Shown: positions 9,121 through 18,037 of the stretch, one piece after another
Numbering within the stretch: position 1 is the first letter of the stretch
Layout: each line of letters begins with the position of its first letter
Assembly: GCA_963555995.3 (NCBI GenBank)
Contig: OY821641.1
Span: 1,504,001 to 1,568,000 of the forward strand
Reading direction: 5' to 3'
Origin: Vicinamibacteria bacterium
Lineage (GTDB): Bacteria > Acidobacteriota > Vicinamibacteria > Marinacidobacterales > Marinacidobacteraceae
DNA length: 64,000 nt
Translations under genes and position numbers: made by a program
The notes under the pieces: model-generated
What the model saw: only the letters and a program-made list of their open reading frames with translations
Databases searched by the model: none
What the model was told of the DNA's origin: nothing

Positions 9121-10149
9121 ATGCTCAAATACCTACTCAGTCTCTTCTCCGTTGATCTCGCGGTGGATCTGGGGACCGCCAACACCCTCATCTATACCCA
9201 GGAGTCGGGGATCATCCTCCGCGAGCCGTCCGTGGTCGCCATGAACACGTTCACGAGACGGGTGGAAGCGGTCGGGGCGGAGGCGTACGACATGGTCGGC
9301 AAGACCCCCGACCACATCAAGGCGATCCGGCCGATGCAGGACGGGGTGATCGCGGACTTCGAGGCGGCGGAGCGGATGATCAGCCACTTCGTCCAGAAGG
9401 CGCTGGGCCGGCGGCGCTGGGCGGCGCCCCGGATGGTGGTCGGCGTGCCGCTCCGGATCACCCCGGTGGAGCGGCGCGCGGTGCGCGACAGCGTGCTCCG
9501 GGCGCGGGCCAGCGAGGTGTTCCTGGTCCAGCAGCCGGTCGCGGCCGCCATCGGCGCGGGACTCGACGTCACGACGCCGGTCGGCTGCTGCGTGGTGGAC
9601 ATCGGCGGGGGCACCACCGACATCGCGGTCATCTCGCTCTCGGGCATCGCGGCCGGCACCTCGGTGCGCGCCGCGGGCGACATGTTCACCCAGGGGATCA
9701 TCGAACACCTGCGGCGCGCCCACGGACTGCTCGTCGGCGAGCGGACGGGCGAGCGGATCAAGATGGCGCTCGGCAGCGCCCGTCCGGGACCGGAGGCGCG
9801 GAGCATGGAAATCCGCGGACGGGACCTCTCGCGGCTGTCCCCGGCCACCCTGACCGTGACCGATCAGGACATCCGGGAGGGTCTGAGCGGTCCGCTGCAT
9901 CAGCTTCTCACCGCGGTGGCGAGCGTGCTCGAGAAAGTGGAACCCGAGCTCTCCGCCGACCTGGTGGAGAACGGCATTCTGCTGACGGGAGGGGGCGCGC
10001 TCCTCGAGGGGTTGCCGGAGCTGCTGTCCGACGAGACGAACCTGGGGGTCAAGGTGGCCGAGCACCCGCTCGACTGCGTGGTGAACGGCGCCGGCGTCAT
10101 GCTGGAACGCCTCGACCTCCTCCAGCAGGTTTCACGGCTCGACGCGTGA
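9121..10149 (+). CDS. mreB: rod shape-determining protein MreB
   Basis: DLGTANT, VDIGGGTTD, LTGGGALL. Confidence 0.96.
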   Translation: MLKYLLSLFSVDLAVDLGTANTLIYTQESGIILREPSVVAMNTFTRRVEAVGAEAYDMVGKTPDHIKAIRPMQDGVIADFEAAERMISHFVQKALGRRRWAAPRMVVGVPLRITPVERRAVRDSVLRARASEVFLVQQPVAAAIGAGLDVTTPVGCCVVDIGGGTTDIAVISLSGIAAGTSVRAAGDMFTQGIIEHLRRAHGLLVGERTGERIKMALGSARPGPEARSMEIRGRDLSRLSPATLTVTDQDIREGLSGPLHQLLTAVASVLEKVEPELSADLVENGILLTGGGALLEGLPELLSDETNLGVKVAEHPLDCVVNGAGVMLERLDLLQQVSRLDA

Positions 10150-10165
10150 ACGGCGGGGTAACCTA

Positions 10166-10337
10166 GTGCGGTGTCCCACAAGTCCTGCGGTATTCGAGCG
10201 GCGATGCATCCCGCCTGAACGCTTCGCCCGGCGTTCCGAATCCATCGGAATACACCCGGTATTCCTCCGGATTCGCGCCTTGTCAGGCGGGCGCCTCGCC
10301 GCTCTCGGTAACTCACCGGATTTGCGGGACACCACAC
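10166..10337 (+). mobile_element. MITE-like element sharing the 181-bp family core but with different terminal inverted repeats
   Basis: Core GCGATGCATCCCGCCTGAAC...GGAATACACCCGGTATTCC...CGCCTTGTCAG; termini GTGCGGTGTCCCACAAGTCC / GGATTTGCGGGACACCACAC. Confidence 0.7.
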
Positions 10338-10392
10338 GGGTGCGAAACACGCGATCACGAGGATCGGCCTGAGGAGAGGCAGCAATCAACCA

Positions 10393-11238
10393 GTGCCCGG
10401 GAAACGCGGCCACGGAATCCTCCTGGGGATCGTCTTGGCCGCGAACTTCCTGGGACTGACCTTCCAGGTGCGGAGCGGGATCAACTTCCCGATTCGGGAC
10501 GGGCTGGCCGCGGTGTTCGGCGGGGGCCAGAGTCTGGTGGCGGGCTCCGCCCGCGCGGTCTGGTCGTGGGCGGAGACCGTGGGGGAAGCGCACGAGATGC
10601 GGCTCGCGCGCGACGAGTTGCGCGACCGGGTGGCCCGGCTGGAGTGGGAACTGACCGTCCAGCGGGGGATGCTCGAGCGGGCACGCGGGTTCACGAGCCT
10701 CGATGCGGCGGCGATGGACCTCGGCGAGCCGGTTTCCGGCGAGATCGTGGGCGTCAGCGCATCCCCGCTGGATCGCACCGTCACCGTGAACCGGGGCGCC
10801 CGGCACGGCATCGAGCGGGATGCCCCGGTGATGGCGGCCAGCGGGCTCCTGGGGCGGATCGTGGCGGTCGGGCCGGGAGTCAGCCAGGTCGAGCTGCTGT
10901 CGGCCTCCACCGCGGCCGTCGCCGTCATCACCTCCTCCAGTCGAACCCGCGGAGTGGTCCGGGCCGCCGCGGAGGGCGGCGCGAGCGGCTACCGGCTTCA
11001 TTTCGTGCCGGTGGGGCAGCGGATCGCCATCGGAGAAGAGGTGATTTCGAGCGGGCTCGATCGGCTGTATCCGAAGGGGCTCCTGGTCGGGCGCGTGTCC
11101 GCCATCCACGAGGGCGCCGGCCTGCTCCTCGAAATCGCCGTCGAGCCGGCGGTGGACTTCGACACCCTGGAACGGGTCTTCGTGCTGCCGCGCCGGGACG
11201 ACTTCGGACCGGCGCCGGAGCCTGATGCGGCGCCATGA
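10393..11238 (+). CDS. mreC: rod shape-determining protein MreC
   Basis: TM plus coiled coil, VTVNRG..HGI, GLLGRI, SSGLDRLYPKGLLVG; operon context. Confidence 0.92.
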   Translation: MPGKRGHGILLGIVLAANFLGLTFQVRSGINFPIRDGLAAVFGGGQSLVAGSARAVWSWAETVGEAHEMRLARDELRDRVARLEWELTVQRGMLERARGFTSLDAAAMDLGEPVSGEIVGVSASPLDRTVTVNRGARHGIERDAPVMAASGLLGRIVAVGPGVSQVELLSASTAAVAVITSSSRTRGVVRAAAEGGASGYRLHFVPVGQRIAIGEEVISSGLDRLYPKGLLVGRVSAIHEGAGLLLEIAVEPAVDFDTLERVFVLPRRDDFGPAPEPDAAP

Positions 11239-11711
11239 GCTATGCGCGGGCCGCCCTCGCGGTGGTTGCCGCCTTCCTCCTCCAGACCGCGATCCTGCCG
11301 CTCACCGTGGGCGAAGGGGTAACGCCGGATTTTCTGCTCGCCACCGCCGCGGCGGCGGGGCTGCTCGGGGGGCCGGGTCCGGCCATCGGATTCGGTCTGG
11401 TGACGGGGCTCGTGCAGGATTCCTTCTCCGGCGGCCTGCTGGGGATGAACGGTTTCTCGAAACCCCTGGTCGTCTTCCTGGCGGCGCGCGGACGGGGGCG
11501 CCCCCCGCTGGACACCCGGGCGGGGATCCCGCTGCTGCTCCTGTTCGCGGCCGCCGCCGATCTGGCGATTCTCTGGGCGCTCGGCGAAGTTGCCGGTTTC
11601 ACCGCGATTCCCGCCCGGGAACTGGGCGCGGCTGCATTCGGCATCCCGATCACCGTGATCTACGGGCTGCTGGTGGTGCGGTTCCTCCGACCCCGGCCGG
11701 GCGGGTACTAG
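11235..11711 (+). CDS. mreD: rod shape-determining protein MreD
   Basis: Hydrophobic, PDFLL...GLVQD motif; lies between mreC and mrdA. Confidence 0.85.
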   Translation: MSYARAALAVVAAFLLQTAILPLTVGEGVTPDFLLATAAAAGLLGGPGPAIGFGLVTGLVQDSFSGGLLGMNGFSKPLVVFLAARGRGRPPLDTRAGIPLLLLFAAAADLAILWALGEVAGFTAIPARELGAAAFGIPITVIYGLLVVRFLRPRPGGY

Positions 11712-11891
11712 CAGCCTGTGGACAAAGTCACGCGGCATTCGAACGCCGATGCATCCCGCCTGAACCGCGCCTCTACGAGGCGCTCTGCGTTGCGTTTCGG
11801 TCGGAATACACTCGGTATTCCTCCCTCACGCGCCTTGTCAGCCGGGCGCCTCGGCGTTCTCGGTGCTCACGTCACTTTGTCCACAGGCTGC
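11711..11891 (+). mobile_element. 181-bp palindromic MITE-like element, copy A
   Basis: TA-flanked; TIR GCAGCCTGTGGACAAAGT / ACTTTGTCCACAGGCTGC; near-identical copies elsewhere in the window. Confidence 0.85.
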
Positions 11892-11922
11892 TAGGCGCCG
11901 TGAGGCTCGTGGAGGGCGCATC

Positions 11923-13698
11923 GTGATCCACGCCGAGTACCTCTCCCGCATCCGCCGCCGGCTGACGCTGGCGCGCTACCCGCTCTGGGCGTTCGTCATC
12001 CTGTTGGCCGTCCGCTTCTGGCAGCTCCAGATCGTCCGGGGCGAGGAGTTCAGCAGCCTGGCCCGCGACAACTATCTCCAGACCGAACGTCACCGCGCCC
12101 CCCGGGGACTCGTGGTGGACCGGGGCGGGCAGGTCCTCGCCCGGAGCGAGCCGTCGTTCACGCTGCTTGCCGACGAGGCCGGACTTCGCCGGCTCGAGGA
12201 CCTGGGGCTCCTCACGGTGGAGGAAGAGGACCGCGCTGGCCTCGAGGCGCGGGCGGCGCGCGGCCCGGCGGTGGTGCGTTCCGGGATTCCGTTCGCCGAG
12301 GCGGCGTTCTTCGAGGCCCGCCGGCGGGAACTCCCGGGCGTCCGGGTGGAGTTCGTCCCGGCGCGGGACTATCCGCTCGGTCAGGCGACCGCGCACCTCC
12401 TCGGGTACGTCGGTGAGGTCACGGCGGCGCAGTTGCTGCTCGAGGAGTTCGTCACGGCGGCCTCGGGAGACCTGGTCGGGCAGGACGGGATTGAACGGGT
12501 CTACAACCGGACCCTGGTCGGTTCCGACGGGTACCTGGACCGCGTCGTGGACAGCCGCCAGCGCGTCCTGGCGTCCGGCGGGCTGCGCCGGACGGAACCG
12601 GTACGTGGCGATACGCTCCAGCTCAGCGTCGTCAGCGCCCTCCAGGAAGCGGCCCACCGCGCGTTCGGCGATGAGCGCGGGGCCTTCGTGGCTCTCGACG
12701 TGCGGACCGGCGAGGTGCTCGGCCTGGGCAGCTTTCCGGCGGAGAATCCGGAGGAGTTCCGCGGCGACGCCGGAAAGTTCCGGGAGATGCTTGCCGACTC
12801 GGCGACCCCCCTGCTCAACCGGGCGGTGCAGGGCCGCTACCCGCCCGGTTCGTCGTTCAAGCTGGTGACCGCCGCCGCGGGGCTGGCCGAGGGCGTGGTG
12901 GATTCCGAGACCCGTTACACCTGCAACGGCCGCGCCCGGGTGGCCGGCCGGACCTTCCGGTGTCACCGCGCGCAGGGTCACGGTCCCCTGACGCTTCGGG
13001 AAGCGATCTCGAAGTCGTGCAACGTGTTCTTCTACCGGCTGTCGGAAGCCCTCGACGTGGACGTCATCGCTTCCTACGCGCGGGCCTTCGGCCTCGGCGC
13101 GCCGACCGGCGTGGATCTCCGGAACGAATCGAGCGGCCTCGTTCCGACTCGGGAATGGAAGCGCCGGGTCACGGGAGAGCGTTGGTACGCGAGCGAGACG
13201 GCCTCGGTGTCGGTCGGCCAGGGAGCCGTCTCGGTGACCCCGATCCAGATGGCCCGGTTGGCGGCGGCGGTCGCTTCGGGGGGGAACCTCCCGACGCCGA
13301 GGCTGGTGGGAACCGAACCCGTGGGCGTGGTGGGAGGCGTCATGCCCGAACACTTCGAACTGATCCGCGACGGCATGCGGGACGCGGTGGTTTCGGGGAC
13401 GGCGTGGCGGGCCCGGATGCCGCTCCGGGAGGTCGCGGGAAAGACGGGAACCGCCCAGGTTGCGAGCGCGGACGTGGTGGCCGCCGACAACGAGGACCGC
13501 CCCTACGAGTTGCGCACCCACGCCTGGTTCGTGGGGTTCGCGCCGTTCGACGAACCGGAGATCGCGGTCGCCGTGGTGGTGGAACACGGGGGGGCCGGAG
13601 GCGCCGCGGCGGCGCCGATCGGAGGCGAGATTCTGCGGACCTTCTTCGAGGGTTCGCCGGAGACCCGGGTGACCGGCGGGGGAGGGGCGGACCGGTGA
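11923..13698 (+). CDS. mrdA: penicillin-binding protein 2
   Basis: PPGSSFK (SxxK), SCN (SxN), KTGT; GGAGG upstream of GTG 11923. Confidence 0.94.
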   Translation: MIHAEYLSRIRRRLTLARYPLWAFVILLAVRFWQLQIVRGEEFSSLARDNYLQTERHRAPRGLVVDRGGQVLARSEPSFTLLADEAGLRRLEDLGLLTVEEEDRAGLEARAARGPAVVRSGIPFAEAAFFEARRRELPGVRVEFVPARDYPLGQATAHLLGYVGEVTAAQLLLEEFVTAASGDLVGQDGIERVYNRTLVGSDGYLDRVVDSRQRVLASGGLRRTEPVRGDTLQLSVVSALQEAAHRAFGDERGAFVALDVRTGEVLGLGSFPAENPEEFRGDAGKFREMLADSATPLLNRAVQGRYPPGSSFKLVTAAAGLAEGVVDSETRYTCNGRARVAGRTFRCHRAQGHGPLTLREAISKSCNVFFYRLSEALDVDVIASYARAFGLGAPTGVDLRNESSGLVPTREWKRRVTGERWYASETASVSVGQGAVSVTPIQMARLAAAVASGGNLPTPRLVGTEPVGVVGGVMPEHFELIRDGMRDAVVSGTAWRARMPLREVAGKTGTAQVASADVVAADNEDRPYELRTHAWFVGFAPFDEPEIAVAVVVEHGGAGGAAAAPIGGEILRTFFEGSPETRVTGGGGADR

Positions 13699-13726
13699 GG
13701 CATTCCGGTCCGGAGAGGCGCGCACC

Positions 13727-14830
13727 ATGGAACTGAGAGCCCGCGAGGGGGTGGACCGGGTGCTGCTGGTCTCCGTCGGGCTCCTGGCCCTGATCGCGGT
13801 GCTGCTCCTGGAGAGCGCCCTGCGGGGTGTTGATTCGGGAGCCAGCCTCAATGCGCACGTCATCCGGCTCGGGCTGGCGCTCGGGGTCGGAGTGGTCGCG
13901 TACCGCATGGATCACCTCCGGCTGGCCCGCCTGTCCCCGGCGCTGTTCCTGGTGGCGCTCAGCCTCAGCGCGATCGCGACCACGTCCGGCGCCCTCCGGG
14001 CGGGAACCCGCCGGTGGCTCGAGCTGGGGACCCTGACGATCCAGCCCGGCGAGTTGGCGAAGATCGCCGTGGTGCTCCTGGTGGCCCACCTGATCGCCCG
14101 CTCCCTGCACGAGCCGCTGAGCCGCCGCGCCACCGTCGCCTGGGGCGCGGCGGGCTCCGCCCTCGCGCTGGCGGTGGCGGCGCAGCCCGATCTCGGGAGC
14201 GCCGCGATCCTGGTCGGCATCGCGGCCGGGATGCTGTTCTTCGGCGGGGTATCCATCGCCCGCAAATGGATGCTGGCCGCCAGCGGCGCCGTCGTCCTGG
14301 CCCTGCCGCTGATCTGGGCGTTCGGCCTCCGCGACTACCAGCGGGTGCGGATCCTCTCCTTCCTCAACCCCGAGAGCGATCCGTTGGGGGCGGGGTACCA
14401 GACCCTGCAGGCTTCCATCGCGGTCGGCTCGGGAGGTCTCTTCGGTACCGGTTGGCTTCAGGGGCCGCAGACCAGCCTCCAGTTTCTTCCGGCTCCGCAC
14501 ACCGACTTCGTGTTCGCGGTGCTGGCCGAGGAGTTCGGTTTCCTGGGCGTGGTCACCGTTCTCGCGCTCTACCTGATCCTCGGCCTGCGTCTCCTGCAGA
14601 TCGCGGTGGCGGCGGTCGAGAACAAGGATCCCACCGGCGCCTTCATGGTGGGCGGCTTCTTTCTCATGCTCTATCTCCAGGCGCTCTACAACATCGCGAT
14701 GGTGGCGGGGATCGTCCCCATCAAGGGGTTCCCCCTGCCTTTCATGAGCTACGGAGGCAACTCGCTGCTGATCTCGGCGGCGGCCATCGGTTTCGCCGCG
14801 TCGGTGCGCCGCCGCAACTTCCTCACTTAA
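13727..14830 (+). CDS. rodA: SEDS peptidoglycan glycosyltransferase RodA
   Basis: QPGELAK, QPDLG, HTDFVF, PLPFMSYGG. Confidence 0.95.
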   Translation: MELRAREGVDRVLLVSVGLLALIAVLLLESALRGVDSGASLNAHVIRLGLALGVGVVAYRMDHLRLARLSPALFLVALSLSAIATTSGALRAGTRRWLELGTLTIQPGELAKIAVVLLVAHLIARSLHEPLSRRATVAWGAAGSALALAVAAQPDLGSAAILVGIAAGMLFFGGVSIARKWMLAASGAVVLALPLIWAFGLRDYQRVRILSFLNPESDPLGAGYQTLQASIAVGSGGLFGTGWLQGPQTSLQFLPAPHTDFVFAVLAEEFGFLGVVTVLALYLILGLRLLQIAVAAVENKDPTGAFMVGGFFLMLYLQALYNIAMVAGIVPIKGFPLPFMSYGGNSLLISAAAIGFAASVRRRNFLT

Positions 14831-15010
14831 CAGCCTGTGGCAAAACCCACGCGGCGTTCGACGGGCGATGCATCCCGGCTGAACCGCGCCTCTACGAGGC
14901 GCTCATCGTTGCGTTTCGGTCGGAATACACCCGGTATTCCTCCCTCACGCGCCTTGTCAGCCGGGCGCCTCGCCCGTCTCGGCGCTCACGTGGGTTTCAC
15001 CACAGACTGT
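14830..15010 (+). mobile_element. 181-bp MITE-like element, copy B
   Basis: TA-flanked, ACAGCCTGTGGCAAAACCCACG ... CGTGGGTTTCACCACAGACTGT; same core as copy A. Confidence 0.85.
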
Positions 15011-15138
15011 TAAGCTGCCGGCGTTTCGCGGCCCCTACGGGCCGCAATGCCGGCCGGAGGCTGGCGCTCCGAGCGGGGACCCGCCTCCTTCCGTGCTACG
15101 GTTTCGGCGAACTTCCCGCCGCCCATTCCTGTAGTTCC

Positions 15139-16746
15139 GTGGTTCGAGAGCTGATCGTCACCAGCCTTCCGGGAGAGACCCGGATGGCTCTCCTCGAGGA
15201 GGGCGTGGTGGTGGAACTCGGCGTGGAACACCGCTCCGAGCAGAGCGTGTTGCACGGGATCTACCGGGGGCGGGTGCAGCGCGTCGTGCCCAGCACCCAG
15301 GCGGCCTTTCTGGACATCGGACTGCACCGCAACGCTTTCCTGCAGATTGACCAGGTCCCCCGGGGCGCCCTCGATGCCTGGCGGGAAGAAGGCCGGGTCC
15401 CGGCAGCCGACAAGGGCGGAACCCGGAACGGGAGCGGGTCGGGAGAGTCCGGACTCCGGCTTGAGAACCTGCTGCGCGCCGGCCAGCCCGTGCTGGTCCA
15501 GGTCGTCCGCGAGCCCCTGGGGCCGAAGGGTTACAAGGTCAGTTGCGATCTCAATCTCCAGGGGCGGTTCTTCGATTTTCGGCCGCTGGCGCCCACGGGC
15601 GTCATCACCTCGCGGGCCACGGCGGGACCCCGGGAACAGCTCCGCATCGCGGCGCTGGTCGAGCGCCGGAGCACGCTGAAAGGAGAGTGGGTCGCGCGTT
15701 CCACCGCGGAGCAGCGAGACGAGGAGACGCTTTCGGCCGACATCACGCGCCTCGAGGCCGATTGGGCCGAGATCCGGAAAGAGAGTCTGGCGGGTCCGCC
15801 GGCCTGTCTCCGGGCCGAGGTGCCGATGGTGTTCCGCTATATCCGGGACGTGCTCTCGTCGGGATTCAGCGTGATCCGGGTGGACAGCGAAACCCTCTAC
15901 GGGCGGATGGTGAACTTCATCCGCCAGTTCCTCCCCGGAATGGAGCACAAGGTTCGGCTCTACTCGCGGAACTATCCCATCTTCGAGGAATACGGCGTCG
16001 AGGTGGCCTTCGAGCAGGCGACCCGGCGGCGGGTGCGACTGCCCTCGGGTGGATCCATCATCATTGATCAGACCGAAGCGCTCGTGGCGGTGGACGTGAA
16101 CACCGGCAGTTTCACCGGAGACACCGGGGAGCGCGACGAGACCAACACCGTCACCAATATCGAGGCGGCGGTGGAGACCGCGCGCCAACTCCGATTGCGC
16201 GGACTCGGCGGGATCATCGTGATTGATTTCATTGATATGAAGGAGGGCCGGAACCGGGATCGCGTTTTCCGAACCCTGCAGGCCGAACTGCGCCGGGATC
16301 CGGCCTTCACCCGCGTCGCGCCGCCGGAATCGAGGGCGGGGCTCGTCATCGTTACCCGGAAGCGGGAGCGGCCCTCGCTCGAGTCCGCGCTGCTGGCTTC
16401 CTGTCCGGCGTGCCGGGGATCCGGCCGGGTGCGGTCGCTGGGCGCCGTCTGCCAGGACGTACTGGTTCGCGCCCAGAAGAAGTCGGGAGAGTTCACCGCC
16501 GGGCTCGTGATCCGCGCCGCGCCGTCCGTGGCGTCGGCGATTCGCCGGTCGGCGGTCCTGCCGGAGATCCGGACGGTCGTGGCGGGGCCGGTCGCGATCG
16601 AAGACGCTCCGGCGCTCCCGGAACCACAGTTCGAGCTCGTTCCGGGACTGGTCGAACGCGATGGCGAGGCGGAGACCCGGCCCGGCGCCGCACCGGAGTT
16701 CCTGCCGGCCCCGGCGGTTCCGGAACCGAGCCTGGAGTCCGCGTGA
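15139..16746 (+). CDS. rng: Rne/Rng family ribonuclease (RNase G-like)
   Basis: S1 domain (IYRGRV...AAFLDIG), TEALVAVDVNTG, RLRGLGGIIVIDFIDM, CPACRGSG; GTG 15139 inferred. Confidence 0.9.
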   Translation: MVRELIVTSLPGETRMALLEEGVVVELGVEHRSEQSVLHGIYRGRVQRVVPSTQAAFLDIGLHRNAFLQIDQVPRGALDAWREEGRVPAADKGGTRNGSGSGESGLRLENLLRAGQPVLVQVVREPLGPKGYKVSCDLNLQGRFFDFRPLAPTGVITSRATAGPREQLRIAALVERRSTLKGEWVARSTAEQRDEETLSADITRLEADWAEIRKESLAGPPACLRAEVPMVFRYIRDVLSSGFSVIRVDSETLYGRMVNFIRQFLPGMEHKVRLYSRNYPIFEEYGVEVAFEQATRRRVRLPSGGSIIIDQTEALVAVDVNTGSFTGDTGERDETNTVTNIEAAVETARQLRLRGLGGIIVIDFIDMKEGRNRDRVFRTLQAELRRDPAFTRVAPPESRAGLVIVTRKRERPSLESALLASCPACRGSGRVRSLGAVCQDVLVRAQKKSGEFTAGLVIRAAPSVASAIRRSAVLPEIRTVVAGPVAIEDAPALPEPQFELVPGLVERDGEAETRPGAAPEFLPAPAVPEPSLESA

Positions 16747-17198
16747 GCCGGGAAGGCCGGCCGGTGACCGTTCGGCTCGACATCGAGACCCGCATCGAGT
16801 GGGTCGAAGTCGTGCTCGGAGTCTTCGAACGTCACTGCGCCCAGTGCGGCTACGAGGCGGATGCCACGCACTGGATGGGGGCGGCGGTCCGGGAAGCGGT
16901 CACCAACGGGATGCGGCACGGGAACCGCATGGATCCCGACAAGCGCCTGCGGATCGAGATCGAAACCCGGGACAGCGGCGGCGGCGGTCCCGCGGTCGAA
17001 ATCGCCGTGGAGGACGAGGGAGAGGGTTTCGACACCGCGGAGGTGCCCGACCCGCTGCTGGACGACAACCTGCTGAAGGACAGTGGTCGCGGCATTTTCT
17101 TCATGCGCCAGTTCATGGACGGAGTGACCTGGACCCGGACCGACCGCGGGGGAACGCGCGTGGTGCTGGTGCAGCGGCAAGTAGCCAGGTCACCGTGA
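16743..17198 (+). CDS. RsbW-like anti-sigma factor / Ser kinase (HATPase_c)
   Basis: EAVTNGMRHGN, DEGEGFD, SGRGIFFMRQFMD; start overlaps the rng stop (GTGA). Confidence 0.88.
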   Translation: MSREGRPVTVRLDIETRIEWVEVVLGVFERHCAQCGYEADATHWMGAAVREAVTNGMRHGNRMDPDKRLRIEIETRDSGGGGPAVEIAVEDEGEGFDTAEVPDPLLDDNLLKDSGRGIFFMRQFMDGVTWTRTDRGGTRVVLVQRQVARSP

Positions 17199-18034
17199 GA
17201 ACCGCCGCCGGCCGGGCCTGCGTCGAAGCGGCGGAAGCCGGGGCCGCGGTCATTCGGAGGGCCCACCACGCCCGTGCGGAGCGCGCTTTCGGGGTCGCCC
17301 TCAAGGGACGGATTGATCTCGTGACCGCGGTGGACCACGCCGCGGAGACCGAGATCGTCGAATGCCTGCAGCGCCTGCTGCCCTCGGTGCCCATCCTGGC
17401 GGAGGAGCGCGGCGTGGTCGGCGGTTCGAAGACCGGGTGCCGCTTCATCGTTGATCCGCTCGACGGAACCACCAACTTCGCCCACGGGTTTCCGGTGTTT
17501 GCGGTGTCCATCGCCTATGAAGAGGACGGGGAGGTGGTAGCCGGGGCGGTCCTCGATCCCGTCCGGGAAGAGCTGTTCACCGCGGAGGCGGGCCGCGGCG
17601 CGTTCCTGAACGGCGTTCCGATTCGGGTCTCGCCGACGGCGGAGATGCAGCACGCCCTGCTCGCCACCGGGTTTCCCTATTCCTCGGAGGCGATGGAGCG
17701 GGCGCTCGACCTGTTCGTCCGCATCATGCGGCGGGTGCGGGCGGTGCGCCGCGCCGGCTCGGCCGCACTCGATCTGTGCTGCGTGGCCGCGGGCCGCCTC
17801 GACGCCTTCTGGGAGGAGACACTCAGAGCCTGGGACACCGCCGCCGGGGAAGTGATCGTGCGGGAGGCCGGCGGGCTCGTCTCGGACTTCGACGGTGGAC
17901 CGTTCACGAACGGCGGCCCGAACATCGCCGTGTCGAACGGGCGGCTGCACCCGGCGCTGCTGGAGATTCTCGCCGAAGCGAGGGCAGCGGAGCGCCCGGA
18001 AGCAACCGCCGTGTCGTCGGCTCCCAGCGGTTAG
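17195..18034 (+). CDS. suhB: inositol monophosphatase
   Basis: DPLDGTTNF, AGSAALDL, WDTAAG. Confidence 0.93.
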   Translation: MRTAAGRACVEAAEAGAAVIRRAHHARAERAFGVALKGRIDLVTAVDHAAETEIVECLQRLLPSVPILAEERGVVGGSKTGCRFIVDPLDGTTNFAHGFPVFAVSIAYEEDGEVVAGAVLDPVREELFTAEAGRGAFLNGVPIRVSPTAEMQHALLATGFPYSSEAMERALDLFVRIMRRVRAVRRAGSAALDLCCVAAGRLDAFWEETLRAWDTAAGEVIVREAGGLVSDFDGGPFTNGGPNIAVSNGRLHPALLEILAEARAAERPEATAVSSAPSG

Positions 18035-18037
18035 CAG

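Noticed and set aside
11711-11891. The element as 6S RNA (similar size and rod shape)
   Set aside because: It is multi-copy with TIR/TA flanks, has a branched cap rather than a central bubble, and is not next to zapA; an Infernal search would be needed to exclude it formally
11863-11922. Element-derived N-terminal extension of PBP2
   Set aside because: A GGAGG SD and a GTG at 11923 give a normal PBP2 start; the upstream GTG lies inside the element hairpin
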